Shown here: piece by piece, positions 1 through 12,301 of the stretch
Layout: each line of letters opens with the position of its first letter
How positions within the stretch are numbered: position 1 is the first letter of the stretch
Origin: Chrysomallon squamiferum
Taxonomy: Eukaryota > Animalia > Mollusca
DNA: 64,000 nt
Assembly (NCBI GenBank): GCA_012295275.1
Contig: CM022673.1
Location: 7,812,001 to 7,876,000 of the forward strand
Reading direction: 5' to 3'
Program-made: the position numbers and the translations under genes
Notes under the pieces: model-generated
What the model saw: only the letters and a program-made list of their open reading frames with translations
Told to the model about the DNA's origin: nothing
Database searches by the model: none

Positions 1-71
1 CTAGTTCTTCAACAAGGTCGCTTGTAATGAGACTACTTTCATTCTGATTCTCAGCCCAGCAGATATTACAC
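1..71 (-). CDS. CERKL: CERKL exon 9 (partial, truncated by window edge)
   Basis: CNICWAENQNESSLITSDLVEEL; completes the CxxxCxxC motif of ceramide kinases. Confidence 0.8.
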
Positions 72-1269
72 CTGTAATCAGAAATGAGCCAGCTATTTAC
101 CAAATGACAAAACAAAAATAAACTGGACCTCCAGCTGAGAATTATATTTCTCTTGTAGTAAATGAAAACAGACTTGAAACTATGTTATATCTTTTAATAA
201 AAATTTATATATGTGAATGTCAAACATTAATGTAAAAAACACACAATTTATTTAAATCATGTTTAACATATCTACACATTTCTTTGACATTTGTATTATG
301 ATCAGAAAAATCTTGTATTTAGTAACCTTGTTAAAGAGAACCTGTTTTGTACAAAAAATTACGTAATTACATTTTATATATGTCTGAGTCATAATACAGA
401 GTGACTGGCTTTATTTATTTATCCTATAGGGTGTTATGAGAATATCATTAAAATTTCTGAAAGAAAATCCAAGTACATGAGAAAGAAAGGAAAGAGTAGC
501 CCATTTTTCTATGCAGCTTGGTATATTATTTACATATTTTATTTGTAAAGATTAGTCCTAACAAGATAAAATAATAAACTGAAAGAGTATGAAATACATA
601 TGGATATTTTTTCTTCTTAGAAAACAAGCCATAGTATAATGAACAACAGCAACACTAAGCAAAAATAATAATAAATAAATAAAAAATAAAAAAGCAAAAA
701 TAATAACAATAACAATAACAATAATAATAATAATGCTTTAAAAATATAAAAATGACTCTCAATCCTTGGAACCGGTTCATCATGTTATGGGTGTTTTTAA
801 ACAATTACCTCTGCAACTAATTATTTTATTTCTTAACCACTTACCCTGTTTGACAAGGTGTGTTGAAAATGGGTGAAATGATAGATGGGGCTGGAATGTA
901 CTCCACAACACATTCATATGATCTGTGAAAGAAACATAATATATTAATGATTTATTCAAAATCTGAGAGAGTATTTACAATCAAACTGTCAGCATACATA
1001 AAATATTTGTTAGCAAACACTTACAAGAGAATCCAGATGGTTTAAGTTTTAAGCCTGGTCTAATAAATGGATTGTACAAGACTGAAATTATAGTTATCAA
1101 TAAATCTTTCGTTTGTTTGTTTTTGGCTGGTTTTTTTTTATTTTGTGTTTACTCAGTTTCTCCTGTAGTAAAAGTGTTTTATCTAAGTTAAAAATAAAAT
1201 TAAATGAAATAATATAATAAATAAAAACAAAATATAATACACACACACATCACAAGAAAAAAAACGATA

Positions 1270-1320
<51 letters not shown>

Positions 1321-1796
1321 AAAAAAAAAAAAAAAAAAATAAAAAATAAATAAAAAAAAAAAAAAAATCAATCAATCAAAATGAAATAAAAATAAAATAA
1401 ATTTTTTTTTTTATTAAATCTAGCCAAAACAGTAATTAAAGAAGTAAGTTCTAAAACACAAAAAAAAATATAAATTATAGTATATAAAAATACCTCAGTT
1501 TTGCTTTAGTTAAGGCTTTAATGAAAGCCACGTCTATTTTTGTTGAACCTAAAGCTTGGTATCGACCCATAAATGACAAAACATTAGAGGCAAATCCATA
1601 CTGACAGATGAACGCCCACTGCAGAAACTTACTTTCATTACAAACAGAACATATATCCACACTGACACTGTGACCTGTGAAAAAAATAAATAAATATTAT
1701 GATAAGCATACAAATTACAAATAGAAAGTGAACAAATGGAACATATAAAATTTAAAAAATGTAAACACACACATATATGCAAAAAAGAACACCTGT

Positions 1797-1838
<42 letters not shown>

Positions 1839-2702
1839 CGTACCATAAATGATATGTAATGCAGCTGTCACAGGATCATCACATCCCATTGTGGAGTGTA
1901 CAATGTGATTTGTATCACCTGCAAAGTAAAATTGATTAAAAGATTAATTAAAAAATATCAAAAATGAAATATATGTGATGATAATAATAATAATAATATT
2001 AATAACACACATATAATTATAATCTAAGAAACAGAATATGTACTAGTATTTAGACTTGAATAATAAATTACCATCAAGATTAATTATCAAATGGAAGTTA
2101 GAAATCCTTTCAGTAATGACATAAAAGTCATAAAAGTTTGAACAAGCAAAGTCTGGAAGCTGACTTTAAAATAACTTACAATTTTTATTACTTTCAAGCA
2201 AATGTATTTGTGAATATGTATATATTTGTTATGAAAAACCAAGTACAAATGACCATAAAATCTTAAATTGGCATGTCTAAAGTTTGCATATATTTTCTTG
2301 GTTTTTTAAACTTTTTACATATTTTCAAAAAAAAAATAACGATATTTTGATTATTTTAATCAGTAAATTACACAACACTGAATCCTATATTTAAATTTGG
2401 CAAATAATATAATAATTCCTAAAGGCAATGGAGCTTTCACTGGAGAGAGACCAGATTTTTAGTTCAATGTCAGATTCCTTCTGTGATTATTTTAATCTTT
2501 AACAAAGCATCAGCCACTTTACCTTTAGCAATGTACCATCACCACCAATTTTAGTTCAACAATCCTTCAGTGCCCTCTTTAAGGAAATAAGTAAAATATG
2601 TTAGAAATAAATTAATAATAAATCAATAAATAAGGAAAATGTTAAAATATGTTAGAAATAAATTAATAATATAACAGATATACAAATACATACCCACCCA
2701 CC

Positions 2703-2733
<31 letters not shown>

Positions 2734-5700
2734 TCATTGAAAGATTAAAAAAAAGTATTTAGATTAAAAATAAAAATTTAAATAATCAAATAAACAGTTA
2801 ATAAATAACTAAACAGGTAAATAAAAAAATATAAATTTTCATCAAGTCAGTCTAAACTGTTATCTTTTAATTAAGTGAAAATTATAAACCATTTATGAAT
2901 GAATGATCTTAAGACACACAATATACAAATTTTTTTTTTTTTTTTAAATGTATGCCTGGATAACAAAAAATATTATAAATAAAAAAATATATATTTTAAA
3001 TAATAAAATAATAATAATAATAATAAAAATTAATGAAAAATGTAAAGTTGAAATAAGTGATATCAAATTTAAAAATAAGTATTATATTTATATATCATAA
3101 CGGTAAGTCATCGTGACTGATATATGTTTTTGTTTCAGATGAGAAAAATCTTGTTTTTATTTTATTTATACATTATTGTATTTATTTTCTTTTTGTTTTG
3201 TTTTTATTATTATTATTACTATTATTATTTTGTTATTTTATAATTTACTGTTTAAGGAATCATAAGAATATTTATTTGAATATAATAATTATGACAAAAT
3301 AAGCAACTTACCAATCAAAATCATCTAAATTGAGATGTATCATTTCCTGTTTAATATGTTCATTGTGTTGTACTTCTGAAAAACATAAATAACAAATCAA
3401 TAACAGCAAACAGCACATAATCACCAGTGTATAAATTCTGAAAATGGCATGCATATTTTCCATTTCCTACCTTGATTATTTTGCTTAAGCATACAACCAT
3501 TAATCATATTTTGTGTAATGTGTCAAATCTGTATTATTAAAATGTTAGTTTTATGTAACACAGTATCATGTTATTTGCATTAAAATACTTTATCACTGTT
3601 TTATTAGCTGATATAATATTATGATGTAATGTTAATAGAATATATAATTATATAACTTTATAATTATCATCATCAACAACATGAAGATAATATAATTTAT
3701 CCCAAACAAAGGGAGTGAATGTTGTATTTATATTTAACAAATTTGTTAATAATCAAATCATCATCATTTACAAAAATAAAAAAAATAAAAATAAAAAGAA
3801 TACAGAAAATAGTATAAAATTCAATGCTATTAGTACCAACGCTAAAATATATCAACTTCTGTAATTACAAATATTTTTTTTTAAAAATAAAAAATTTTAA
3901 AAGATGAAATGATATGAGTTAATATTTTAAAATGTAATTTTATAATTTGTTGTTGCAAGATTTACTGTAGAAATAAATGTTTTAAAAATACTAACAAAAC
4001 TGTTCTCATTTTCATTATCATTAGAATAAAATTATTTTCCTTTTATTATCCTTCAGATAAAGGTTTAATGCTCAACAGTTTGGCTTCAATAACAAAAATG
4101 ATTTACATCTGAAATGTATTAAGCATATTTGAGTATACCGTAGGAAGTATATTTAGTTTTCAACATCATTTATGCTAATAAGGTCATGATTTTAGTATCA
4201 AATTCCATGTGATTATTATATTTGGTTTTTTCTGACTAGCTTCCCATTTCAATATGTGCACAATCATGATTAATAAATTATCCTGTTTTATGTAAACTAT
4301 ATTATCTTTGTAATTTAAAAGTTAATTTAAAAACAGTGCAGGTGTTTGTTGTTGTTTCCATTCCTTGTATGAATCCATTTTAAAGGCTGACTTTTTTTTC
4401 TTAATCATTATTTTGATGTCAGATGTATATTTTAACACTGATAAACATTTAGTCAGTCTGAAAAATATTTTGAAAAATATTTTTTTGAATTAAATAATGA
4501 TAATAAACACATAGCTTACCTGTTATATCAACATTGATTTCAGCATTTTGAAAAATTGGATGGATTTTATGCATGTAGATGTAACGGCCACTTTTTCCAC
4601 CTGCATGTGACTGAAGAAAAAGTTTCACTGATTTGGGACGGTTTGGAATTGCTGAAAGAAAAAGAAAACTGCATTATGAAATTTATATACTGATATTTGA
4701 AACACACTGCAAGAAGTCAATAAAACTGCTTAATAACTTTACAAATTTTTGTATTGTTTCTTATTATCAGGTGTCAGTAATTGTTTTTGTTCTTATCATT
4801 TAAAAAAAAAAGACAAATCATTTCAGATTAGAATAAATATTAAAACTGACAAACATTATCAAAATAACTATGTTGTTAATATCTTCTAAAAAATCTTTTT
4901 ATTGTTTAAATTATGTTGATTTTACTTCTTTAATAAGTATTCATAAAATAAAACAACTAAAAAAAGAAAAACAAAAAAAGAAAAAGAAAAAGATAAACAT
5001 ACATATAAATAAAAATTATCGACATTTCACTCAAGCAAGTAATATTAATTTGGTACAACACCTATTACTGTTCAGTTATTCTTACCATTCAGGTAAGTTC
5101 TAATTTTGGAGACCCATGCAGTACAAATCTCTTCTGATGGATGTTCAAAATAAATCATTCTAGCTTTCAGAATATTGGAATGTTCTTTCTTCTCACTTAA
5201 AAACACAGCAAAACCCAAACAAAAGCCTTCTCCTGGCTTCTGATCTGCTTTTCTGCGACGTTTTACACGGACCCCATACAAATCTCGTAAATAGACGCTA
5301 TTTTTAATACTTGATGGCATTTTATTTAAATTGCTGCTGCTTCTAAAGAGGGAAATCCTTTTGATTTCTTCCTTCCTGATGTGGATAAAAATGAGAAAAA
5401 AGTTACTGTCTTGAATAAATATGTTTTATAGATTCAATATTAACAGCTATGGCAATAAAGCAAAACAGATATGTTAGAAAAATATTATTAATAGTTCTAG
5501 TAGTAATAAGAGGAGTCATTTTTGGTTTTGTTATTGTAGAAGCAGTAGCAGATTTTGTAATAATACTTAGCAGTCATCATTACAGTCATACTAACTGTTA
5601 TAGTGAAGTTATTGTTTTCACTTACAGTTTTATTTTTTTTAAATGATGTTATTTCTAAATTGTTATCAGTTTTCAATTACTTAAAAAGAAAAAGCCTGTT

Positions 5701-6553
5701 ATGTAAAAAGGAACTTTGAGGATTTATTATTAGTAATTGTGTTATATCTTAATTTTTCATTACAGACAATATGCTTTTGTGTTTCAAGATAAAATATCTT
5801 AAACCAATTAGGAAAATATAAACTATATATTTTAATAAAAAAATTTATTGTGTTGATATGTATATTATTTGTGGAAAGAAAACAAAAATTTCATCACTAT
5901 TAAAATACTGTAAAAAACATAAGTTAAAACTATAATTTTTCAAAATTAAATATTGGTATATAAATAATTAAATAGAAAATTCCAAATACCTTCTTCCACT
6001 CAATTAAAAATATAATTCTATCCATATAGTTAAATTAATAGCAACAGTAACAGACAAGGATATATCTTATTTGGAAAACTGCTTTATTTACTTCTAACTA
6101 CTTTCTTAAAAGTAATATATAAAATTCGGTCCAAATAAATGATTTTGTTTGGTTTGTTCTGATTGTTTTTTTCCTTCATATTATATTAATTTTAAATTAT
6201 TAAATTAATTCGAGTCATCTGAAATGTATACACACTGAAGTATAACTGTTACCACATTTGCATTATAGCTAGCTATGATTATTCATTTATTTATGTATTT
6301 ATTTATTTATTTAAAATGTGTAATAATACTAACCACCACTTGATAGCACTGTGGTCCAGGAAAGTGTTCCTTCAGCAAGGGATAAGGTCACATCAAAAGC
6401 ATCTCCAGACATATTGAAGAGGCCTGTAATGTTCTTTTCGTGACAGAAAGAATCGGACATATCGGTAATGGGAGAAGTTGATGGTATTTCGAGAACTGGA
6501 ATTCCATCCTCATCGAATGTAAATTCGTGAACATTATCGTCAAAATGTGTCAT
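1..6553 (-). CDS. CERKL: Ceramide kinase-like (DAGK/sphingosine/ceramide kinase family) gene, 5' part; continues beyond the left edge
   Basis: Hand-spliced exons 6334-6553, 5086-5375, 4520-4651, 3312-3375, ~2405-2566 (disrupted), 1844-1918, 1494-1674, 845-922, 1-71; all except the disrupted exon have GT-AG boundaries. The PH-like N-terminus (VYLRDLYGVRVKRR...LGFAVF), PNRPKSVKLF, GGDG, PLPLGII, GDTNHIVHS..DPVTAALHIIYG and VDICSV..YGF recall human CERKL more than CERK (from memory, not a search). Two frame problems are described under findings. Confidence 0.8.
845..922 (-). CDS. CERKL: CERKL exon 8
   Basis: SYECVVEYIPAPSIISPIFNTPCQTG; phase 2 to phase 2. Confidence 0.85.
1494..1674 (-). CDS. 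CERKL: CERKL exon 7
   Basis: GHSVSVDICSVCNESKFLQWAFICQYGFASNVL...AFIKALTKAKLR. Confidence 0.9.
1844..1918 (-). CDS. CERKL: CERKL exon 6
   Basis: GDTNHIVHSTMGCDDPVTAALHIIY; tttgcag / GTACGT. Confidence 0.9.
2405..2566 (-). pseudogene. CERKL: CERKL exon 5 (GGDG exon), frameshifted as assembled
   Basis: IGGDGT, KVADALL, SQKESDIELK and SGLSPVKAPLPLGII are present in order but separated by three frame changes; no clean splice sites. Confidence 0.7.
3312..3375 (-). CDS. CERKL: CERKL exon 4
   Basis: EVQHNEHIKQEMIHLNLDDFD; tttcag acceptor, GTAAGT donor. Confidence 0.85.
4520..4651 (-). CDS. CERKL: CERKL exon 3
   Basis: AIPNRPKSVKLFLQSHAGGKSGRYIYMHKIHPIFQNAEINVDIT; phases match neighbours. Confidence 0.88.
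5086..5375 (-). CDS. CERKL: CERKL exon 2 (PH-like domain)
   Basis: Acceptor ttttatccacatcag; ...SVYLRDLYGVRVKRRR...HPSEEICTAWVSKIRTYLN; donor G|GTAAGA; phase at the 5' end is off by one. Confidence 0.8.
6334..6553 (-). CDS. CERKL: CERKL coding exon 1
   Basis: ATG at 6553; MTHFDD...GLFNMSGDAFDVTLSLAEGTLSW; donor G|GTTAGT. Confidence 0.75.
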
Positions 6554-6589
6554 GTTTACTCGAATTTTGATTATTACATGTTCTGAAAG

Positions 6590-6665
6590 ACGCTGCTTTC
6601 CGGATTGTAGTTACGTTTGTGCTTAGCACTGATTGGTTTAAGTTACATGAAACGGAAGTCGTTGT
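6590..6665 (-). promoter_or_regulatory. Putative CERKL proximal promoter
   Basis: Locally CpG-retaining sequence just upstream of the ATG, with an ETS-like CGGAAGT (6653-6659), TTCCGG and CTGATTGG (CCAAT box). Confidence 0.4.
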
Positions 6666-6777
6666 TTCGTTGTTATAGTAACACATCAACAATCGCACCT
6701 GCTGGATTCATCTGTTTATCAGTGAACAACGCATAGATTGAACATATATTAGGTCAATCATATTTCATAAAAAGTCC

Positions 6778-6818
<41 letters not shown>

Positions 6819-7840
6819 GAAAGGGAAATAAACATCAGCAAACAAGTCATTTATTATTATTATTATTATTATTAGTAGTAGTAGTAGTAGTAGTAGTATT
6901 TTACTGTGTGCACACTAACAAATACATTGTGTTCTTTTGTATTTATATCACTTGGTTCTCGCAGTTTTGCATTATTTAAATGATTTATCTGATTAAGAAT
7001 GATTTTTTTTTTGTTGTTTACTTTGATATTTCATTCTTTTCTTCTAATCTTTAGAAATGTGCATATTAAGTAACCGATGTTTCTCATTGCATCACTAGTA
7101 GTAGTACAACAAATAATAATTATTATGTATCGTGTTCATCATCATTACTGAATTTTAATTTGTTATTTCGCATGCGGTAGTAATCATTAGCTGTAACAAA
7201 TAAATAAATAAATAAATAAATAAATAAATGGGAATAATTATTTTCCCAGTCCCAAATCCACATATGACTGGTTAAACAGTTGTAACAAATTTACCTAATA
7301 ACTGTTACTAGTCTTAAATAAATAATGAAGGCAACTGATAAAAATACGACAGTGACTTAATTAATATATAGTTTTCCTTTTTTATTATTTATTTGTATTA
7401 AAAAAAAATATATATATATATATATTTTTTTTTTTAAATATAAATTCAAGCTTATAATTTTATTGTTCAAAACATTTTTAACAGTCACAACCTGAGTGTT
7501 GATATAATCATGTATTAGGCGGGCCAATAGACGTATTTTTTTGTGACAACATTAGAAGAATCTTTAGAGAAAACCTATACATATTTTCACCAAAGTTACG
7601 CGTTAATTTTTAAAAACCCAAAACCAACAAGTAAATAATGAGATAAGAAGAAAGTAAGTAAGTAAATGAAATAGATATATAATTCCGAGCGTAAATTTAC
7701 TTTTCATAAAAATAATGATGTAACAATTATTATAAACTTAACTCTTAAAGATATATAATTATATAATACATTTAGTCTGTTTTGCCTTTAAATTTAGCTT
7801 ATGGCAATAATTTAACTTTGAAACGTTGATTATTTATTTT

Positions 7841-8080
7841 AATCTCGAGAACGACAAACACCTTTAAAAACCAAAATAATGTTTAAAATATGTAATAAAT
7901 TGCATTTAATGTTCCGACGTATCTGAAAATATTTTAATAATATTATTTTATTTGATTATAATCTCGAGAACGACAAACACCTTTAAAAAACAAAATAATG
8001 TTTAAAATATGTAATAAATTGCATTTAATGTTCCGACGTATCTGAAAATATTTTAATAATATTGTTTTGTTTGATTATAA
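7841..8080. repeat. Near-perfect tandem duplication, 2 x 119 bp
   Basis: aatctcgagaacgacaaacacc...tttgattata starts at 7841 and again at 7960, with only a few substitutions. Confidence 0.95.
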
Positions 8081-8114
8081 TATAAATGATGGAGTGAGAC
8101 CGTAACAAGGCAAG

Positions 8115-8210
8115 AGTTATTGGCCTTCTAACAACATCCAGAGGGCTACTGTTCTATCAAGATATTTGATTGGATAAGACCTTCGCTTTTTGAAAACAAC
8201 CGCGGGATGT
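8115..8210 (+). promoter_or_regulatory. RacGAP1 promoter with two CCAAT boxes, a CHR element and an E2F-like site
   Basis: ATTGG at 8119 and 8169, TTTGAA at 8189-8194, CGCGGGA at 8201-8207, all within 125 bp of the ATG. Confidence 0.55.
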
Positions 8211-8242
8211 TGGAAAGAAGTGAACTATAGAAAAAAATCAAA

Positions 8243-8257
8243 ATGCGCAGAATTCAG
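8243..8257 (+). CDS. RACGAP1: RACGAP1 exon 1
   Basis: aaaATG, MRRIQ, donor CAG|GTAAAA. Confidence 0.75.
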
Positions 8258-11200
8258 GTAAAACAATGGAATATAATTTGTTGTTTTTTCTGTGAATGTT
8301 AATATTTAAAACCACAGTTGATTGTTTTAAGAGTTTTAATTTTCTGTAATTATTAATCGCTTGGTAAAGTCGATAAAGATTGTTCGGAAAATAAAATCGG
8401 TGCTACACAAAAGCATCTGAGCATGTAATGTAGTAATAATGCGATGCCCAGTCACCCACGAATTCAGAGACAGCGTAACGAGTGTTCTAGTAATTCACAG
8501 TTGCGTTTTCGAATAACAATTTATTTTAAATATTTATTTGATGATATGTTGGATATTAGTAAAGTTAGAATGTGACAAGTAAACACAAAAAGGAGAAATT
8601 CAAATTAGAAAAGTGGATATTCATCATAATAAAATATAATAATGATGACGCTAACGAGTAAATAAAAATAGACCAGACATATATTTAGTGAAACGAGACA
8701 CACAAAAGTTGAATAACCATCACAAAACAATGACTAAATGAGTCGTCTTCATATCTTATCAAGTCTGCGACTACTTACTAATACTATAAATTATAATTAT
8801 ATTAATTATTATAACGAACCTCAGGGTTACCTCTGCCCCCCTCATCCCGTATATCGTATATGTTTTAACTTTACAGCAAATTAATGCAGTAGTTGTAGAT
8901 ACTAAGATATAATCAATGTTACGAATGTATAAATTTATAAACTATTTTAATTTTACAGTCAAACCAGAAATTGTCTAGAGTGGCAATGTATGATGATTTA
9001 ATTCGCACAGCAAGAGTTCTTCGGGAATCATGTGAACCAGGTATTATTTTAATTAATATAAAACCTGTTTAAGTGTTTTACTTTTAGTCTTAAATATTAG
9101 GATTTGATACTGTCTTAATGATTGTATAATTTGAGAATGATTTGAGCATGTTTCCAAAGTTGCTGTAACTATCAAAGTATTATGTAAAATGATGTAACAG
9201 ACAGAATTTTTGTTTTTGTTTTTCCATGTTTACATATAACATCATACATTAAAAATATCACATTTAAAAATTCAGTTTTTTTGTTTCTTAATTTTTTAAT
9301 GTAATTTTTATTTTATTTGAATTGATTTGAACACTGGAAAATTGACTTTAATATGAAATTTTTATTGATTTAATCACATCATACATTTTTAGCATTTTGT
9401 TTTACTTCAAATGATTTTTAATATTGTAGAATTTCGAAGTTTTGTTCGGAATCAGAATTTATGTAGGAAAAAATGGCATGCTGCAGAGACAAAAGTGGAA
9501 AGCCTGCAGGAACAAGTAAAACAACTGCAGCAAGAAAAGTCAGCACTGCACACACGACTGAAACATTCCTGGTAAGACAGTCTGACATTTTATGTTCTCA
9601 GAAGAAAGTTAAAAAAAATTGACCACATTAACACATCAGTATAGCACCAGTAATCTAAATTAAATAAATATATAGTGAAGAAATAGTCTGGTTTAAAGTA
9701 TATTTTTAACAGCATTAGCTTCATAATATTTTAAACATATATTCTCTTTATTGGAATGATAATTATATTAAACATTGAAAACCCATGCTCTCAGCATTGT
9801 TTGTTAATTCTAAAAAAAAAAAAAAAAAATAATAATAAGTAATAGCAATACAAAATATTGACTAAGTAATACAGTGTTTTGGTTACTTTTATTCCAGAAT
9901 TTTATTTATTTGTTTTTTCAGCAATACAGTGGATACAGAAATGCATAAAAGAAAACAAGTAGAATATGAAAGGGAGACACTGGTAAAAACTGAAAATTGT
10001 TTACATAAATTGTTATTTTAATCATCTACTACATTAATTACTGTTTGATTTTATTCAACATTATAATGCTTTAAATATATTCTAAGTACTGTAAATATTT
10101 TATTATTAAATTATTAAAATGGCGTCCTGCATGGGTGTTTTGATAGGCTGCTCTCTTTTTTTTATGCTAATGTTGAGACTTGTTTATATTTTTCTATGAA
10201 GATAAATTCATTATCAGTAACACTTTATTTTACATAAAAATTAACATAGGAAGATTATTACTCTACTCTACTCTGATTTAGTTTTATATTTTAATTTATT
10301 ACTGATTTTTAAGGAACATCAAATGCGATTGATACGTGACCTTCTGAATGACAAGAATAACTGTACAATACAAATGAATGAGCATGACAGAGAACGATTC
10401 AGTGCCCTCATAAACACAACTCAAACCAAGTCAGCATACGAGCAGGATTCTCCAACAAAGAGGTAAAGTGTTCTGAAGAGGTAAAGCTTGGATTATAGCA
10501 TGTGGAATAACTAGTGAAAGAATTATCAGAACAAATGTAACAGTTGAAATAGGAGAAAGAAAAAAAAAAGCTAATCTGGTTCATCGAATGATTTTTAATC
10601 AACAGTTTAATTGCTAAAATTCTAACTTTAAAGCAAAATGGAGAAAAAGAATTATAACTAACAATAAACTTTTTTTTGTTTTTTTTAGAAAATGCTTGTT
10701 ATGGAAAAGGTTATTTGTTCCATATTTCAGAAGCAATATATTTCATTCATTGTTTGTGTCTGAAATATAAGATTATTTTAAAATGATTGAATATTTACAT
10801 TGGCAGACTGTTTTTCTAATACTTTAAGACTGTCAGCATCTAATAAATAGCTTATATTTTCCTGTATCTAAGTGTTACATATGAATTTTTCCATCAGGCT
10901 GAACACCATCATGGAGTCATCTGCTTCCATTCTGTCAGATGTTGACTATGACCCTAGTGAGGGTAACATTGACATCTCCTGCATCAACGAAGGACGTAGA
11001 CGTTACAAACGACGCAGCCCGTCAGCACCACCATTGGAAGATGATTATGATAGATACTCGCCAAAAAGACACAGGAATGATGATGTGAGTTGCTAAAGTA
11101 ATACAGATAATTATATTGTGATCACTGTAATTTAATATATATCATTTATAATGAGATAAAAAAAAAAAATTGTTCAAAAGAAATTTATATCAATTCATTT

Positions 11201-12256
11201 ATTTCCACAGATAGCAAATTAATGAGTATGTACAGTGTCACATTAGGAAATAGATCAAGATTGATGTTACATATTCAAAACAGTATGTACATAGTTATAG
11301 TGGTCTCTCTGGGTTTGAACCTCGTCAATGTTTTGTTTTTATACCCTTTTTTAAAACATGTAAATGCTTTCTGCAGGATCGTGATAATTCCATTGTAACC
11401 ACAACAACAATTACTGTCAATGGTGATGGTAAACCAGTGATGGCTACCACAGAGGTGTCTGTTCCCAAACTAAACCGAAGTTTCAGTGAACCAGCTCTTG
11501 ACAAAAACTTTGACCCAGGATTAGTTAATGACAGAGATGCAGGTAAAAAAAAAAAAAAGATTTCTAAGTTTATGTCTGTGGTCTGTTTTGTTACTAGTAA
11601 TCAAATCTTTAGTTTTTGTGATTAGATGCAAATAAATCTAAGTCTTGATTTTATTACCTGATACATGCTATGCAGGGAAAAAAAAGTTCTGTATGTGAAA
11701 TTAAACAAACTAAAATCTGAAGTCTTTTCCCTGAATAATGTGAAGTAGGAATCTAGTTTATTGAATATCTTGATTTATTCTTAGGGGTATGCATGTTTTA
11801 AAGTGTTTTTTTTCTTTTTTATCATTGGGATACAGACAGTGAACCAGAGTCAGATGAGTCGTATCTGAATACACCACGGAACAGAAACAACAGCCGCGTG
11901 AGATCAAAGACAGGAATCTTGAAGAAAACACCCACGTATGTATATTTTACTGTTGTAAGCGAAAACAGCTTAATACTGTCTTATTTTGTGTTTCTTTTCT
12001 TTTTCTGCTCCAAAGTGTAGAAAACAATTAAATAATCATGTCACTGCTATTTTTCATTTGAATTCATTTATATTTGTTGTTTTTTATTTGTATGGTTTCA
12101 GTACCCCAACACTGGGAAGGAACAATTCAGCAGGAAATGGACTGAACAGAGTTCATGTGTTTATGTCAAAATCAGTCATGATACCAGAAATGTGTATACC
12201 AGTGAGTAGTTTACAAGTAATCTTTACTCCAGTGTTATCAAATGTTTTATTATTAC

Positions 12257-12301
<45 letters not shown>

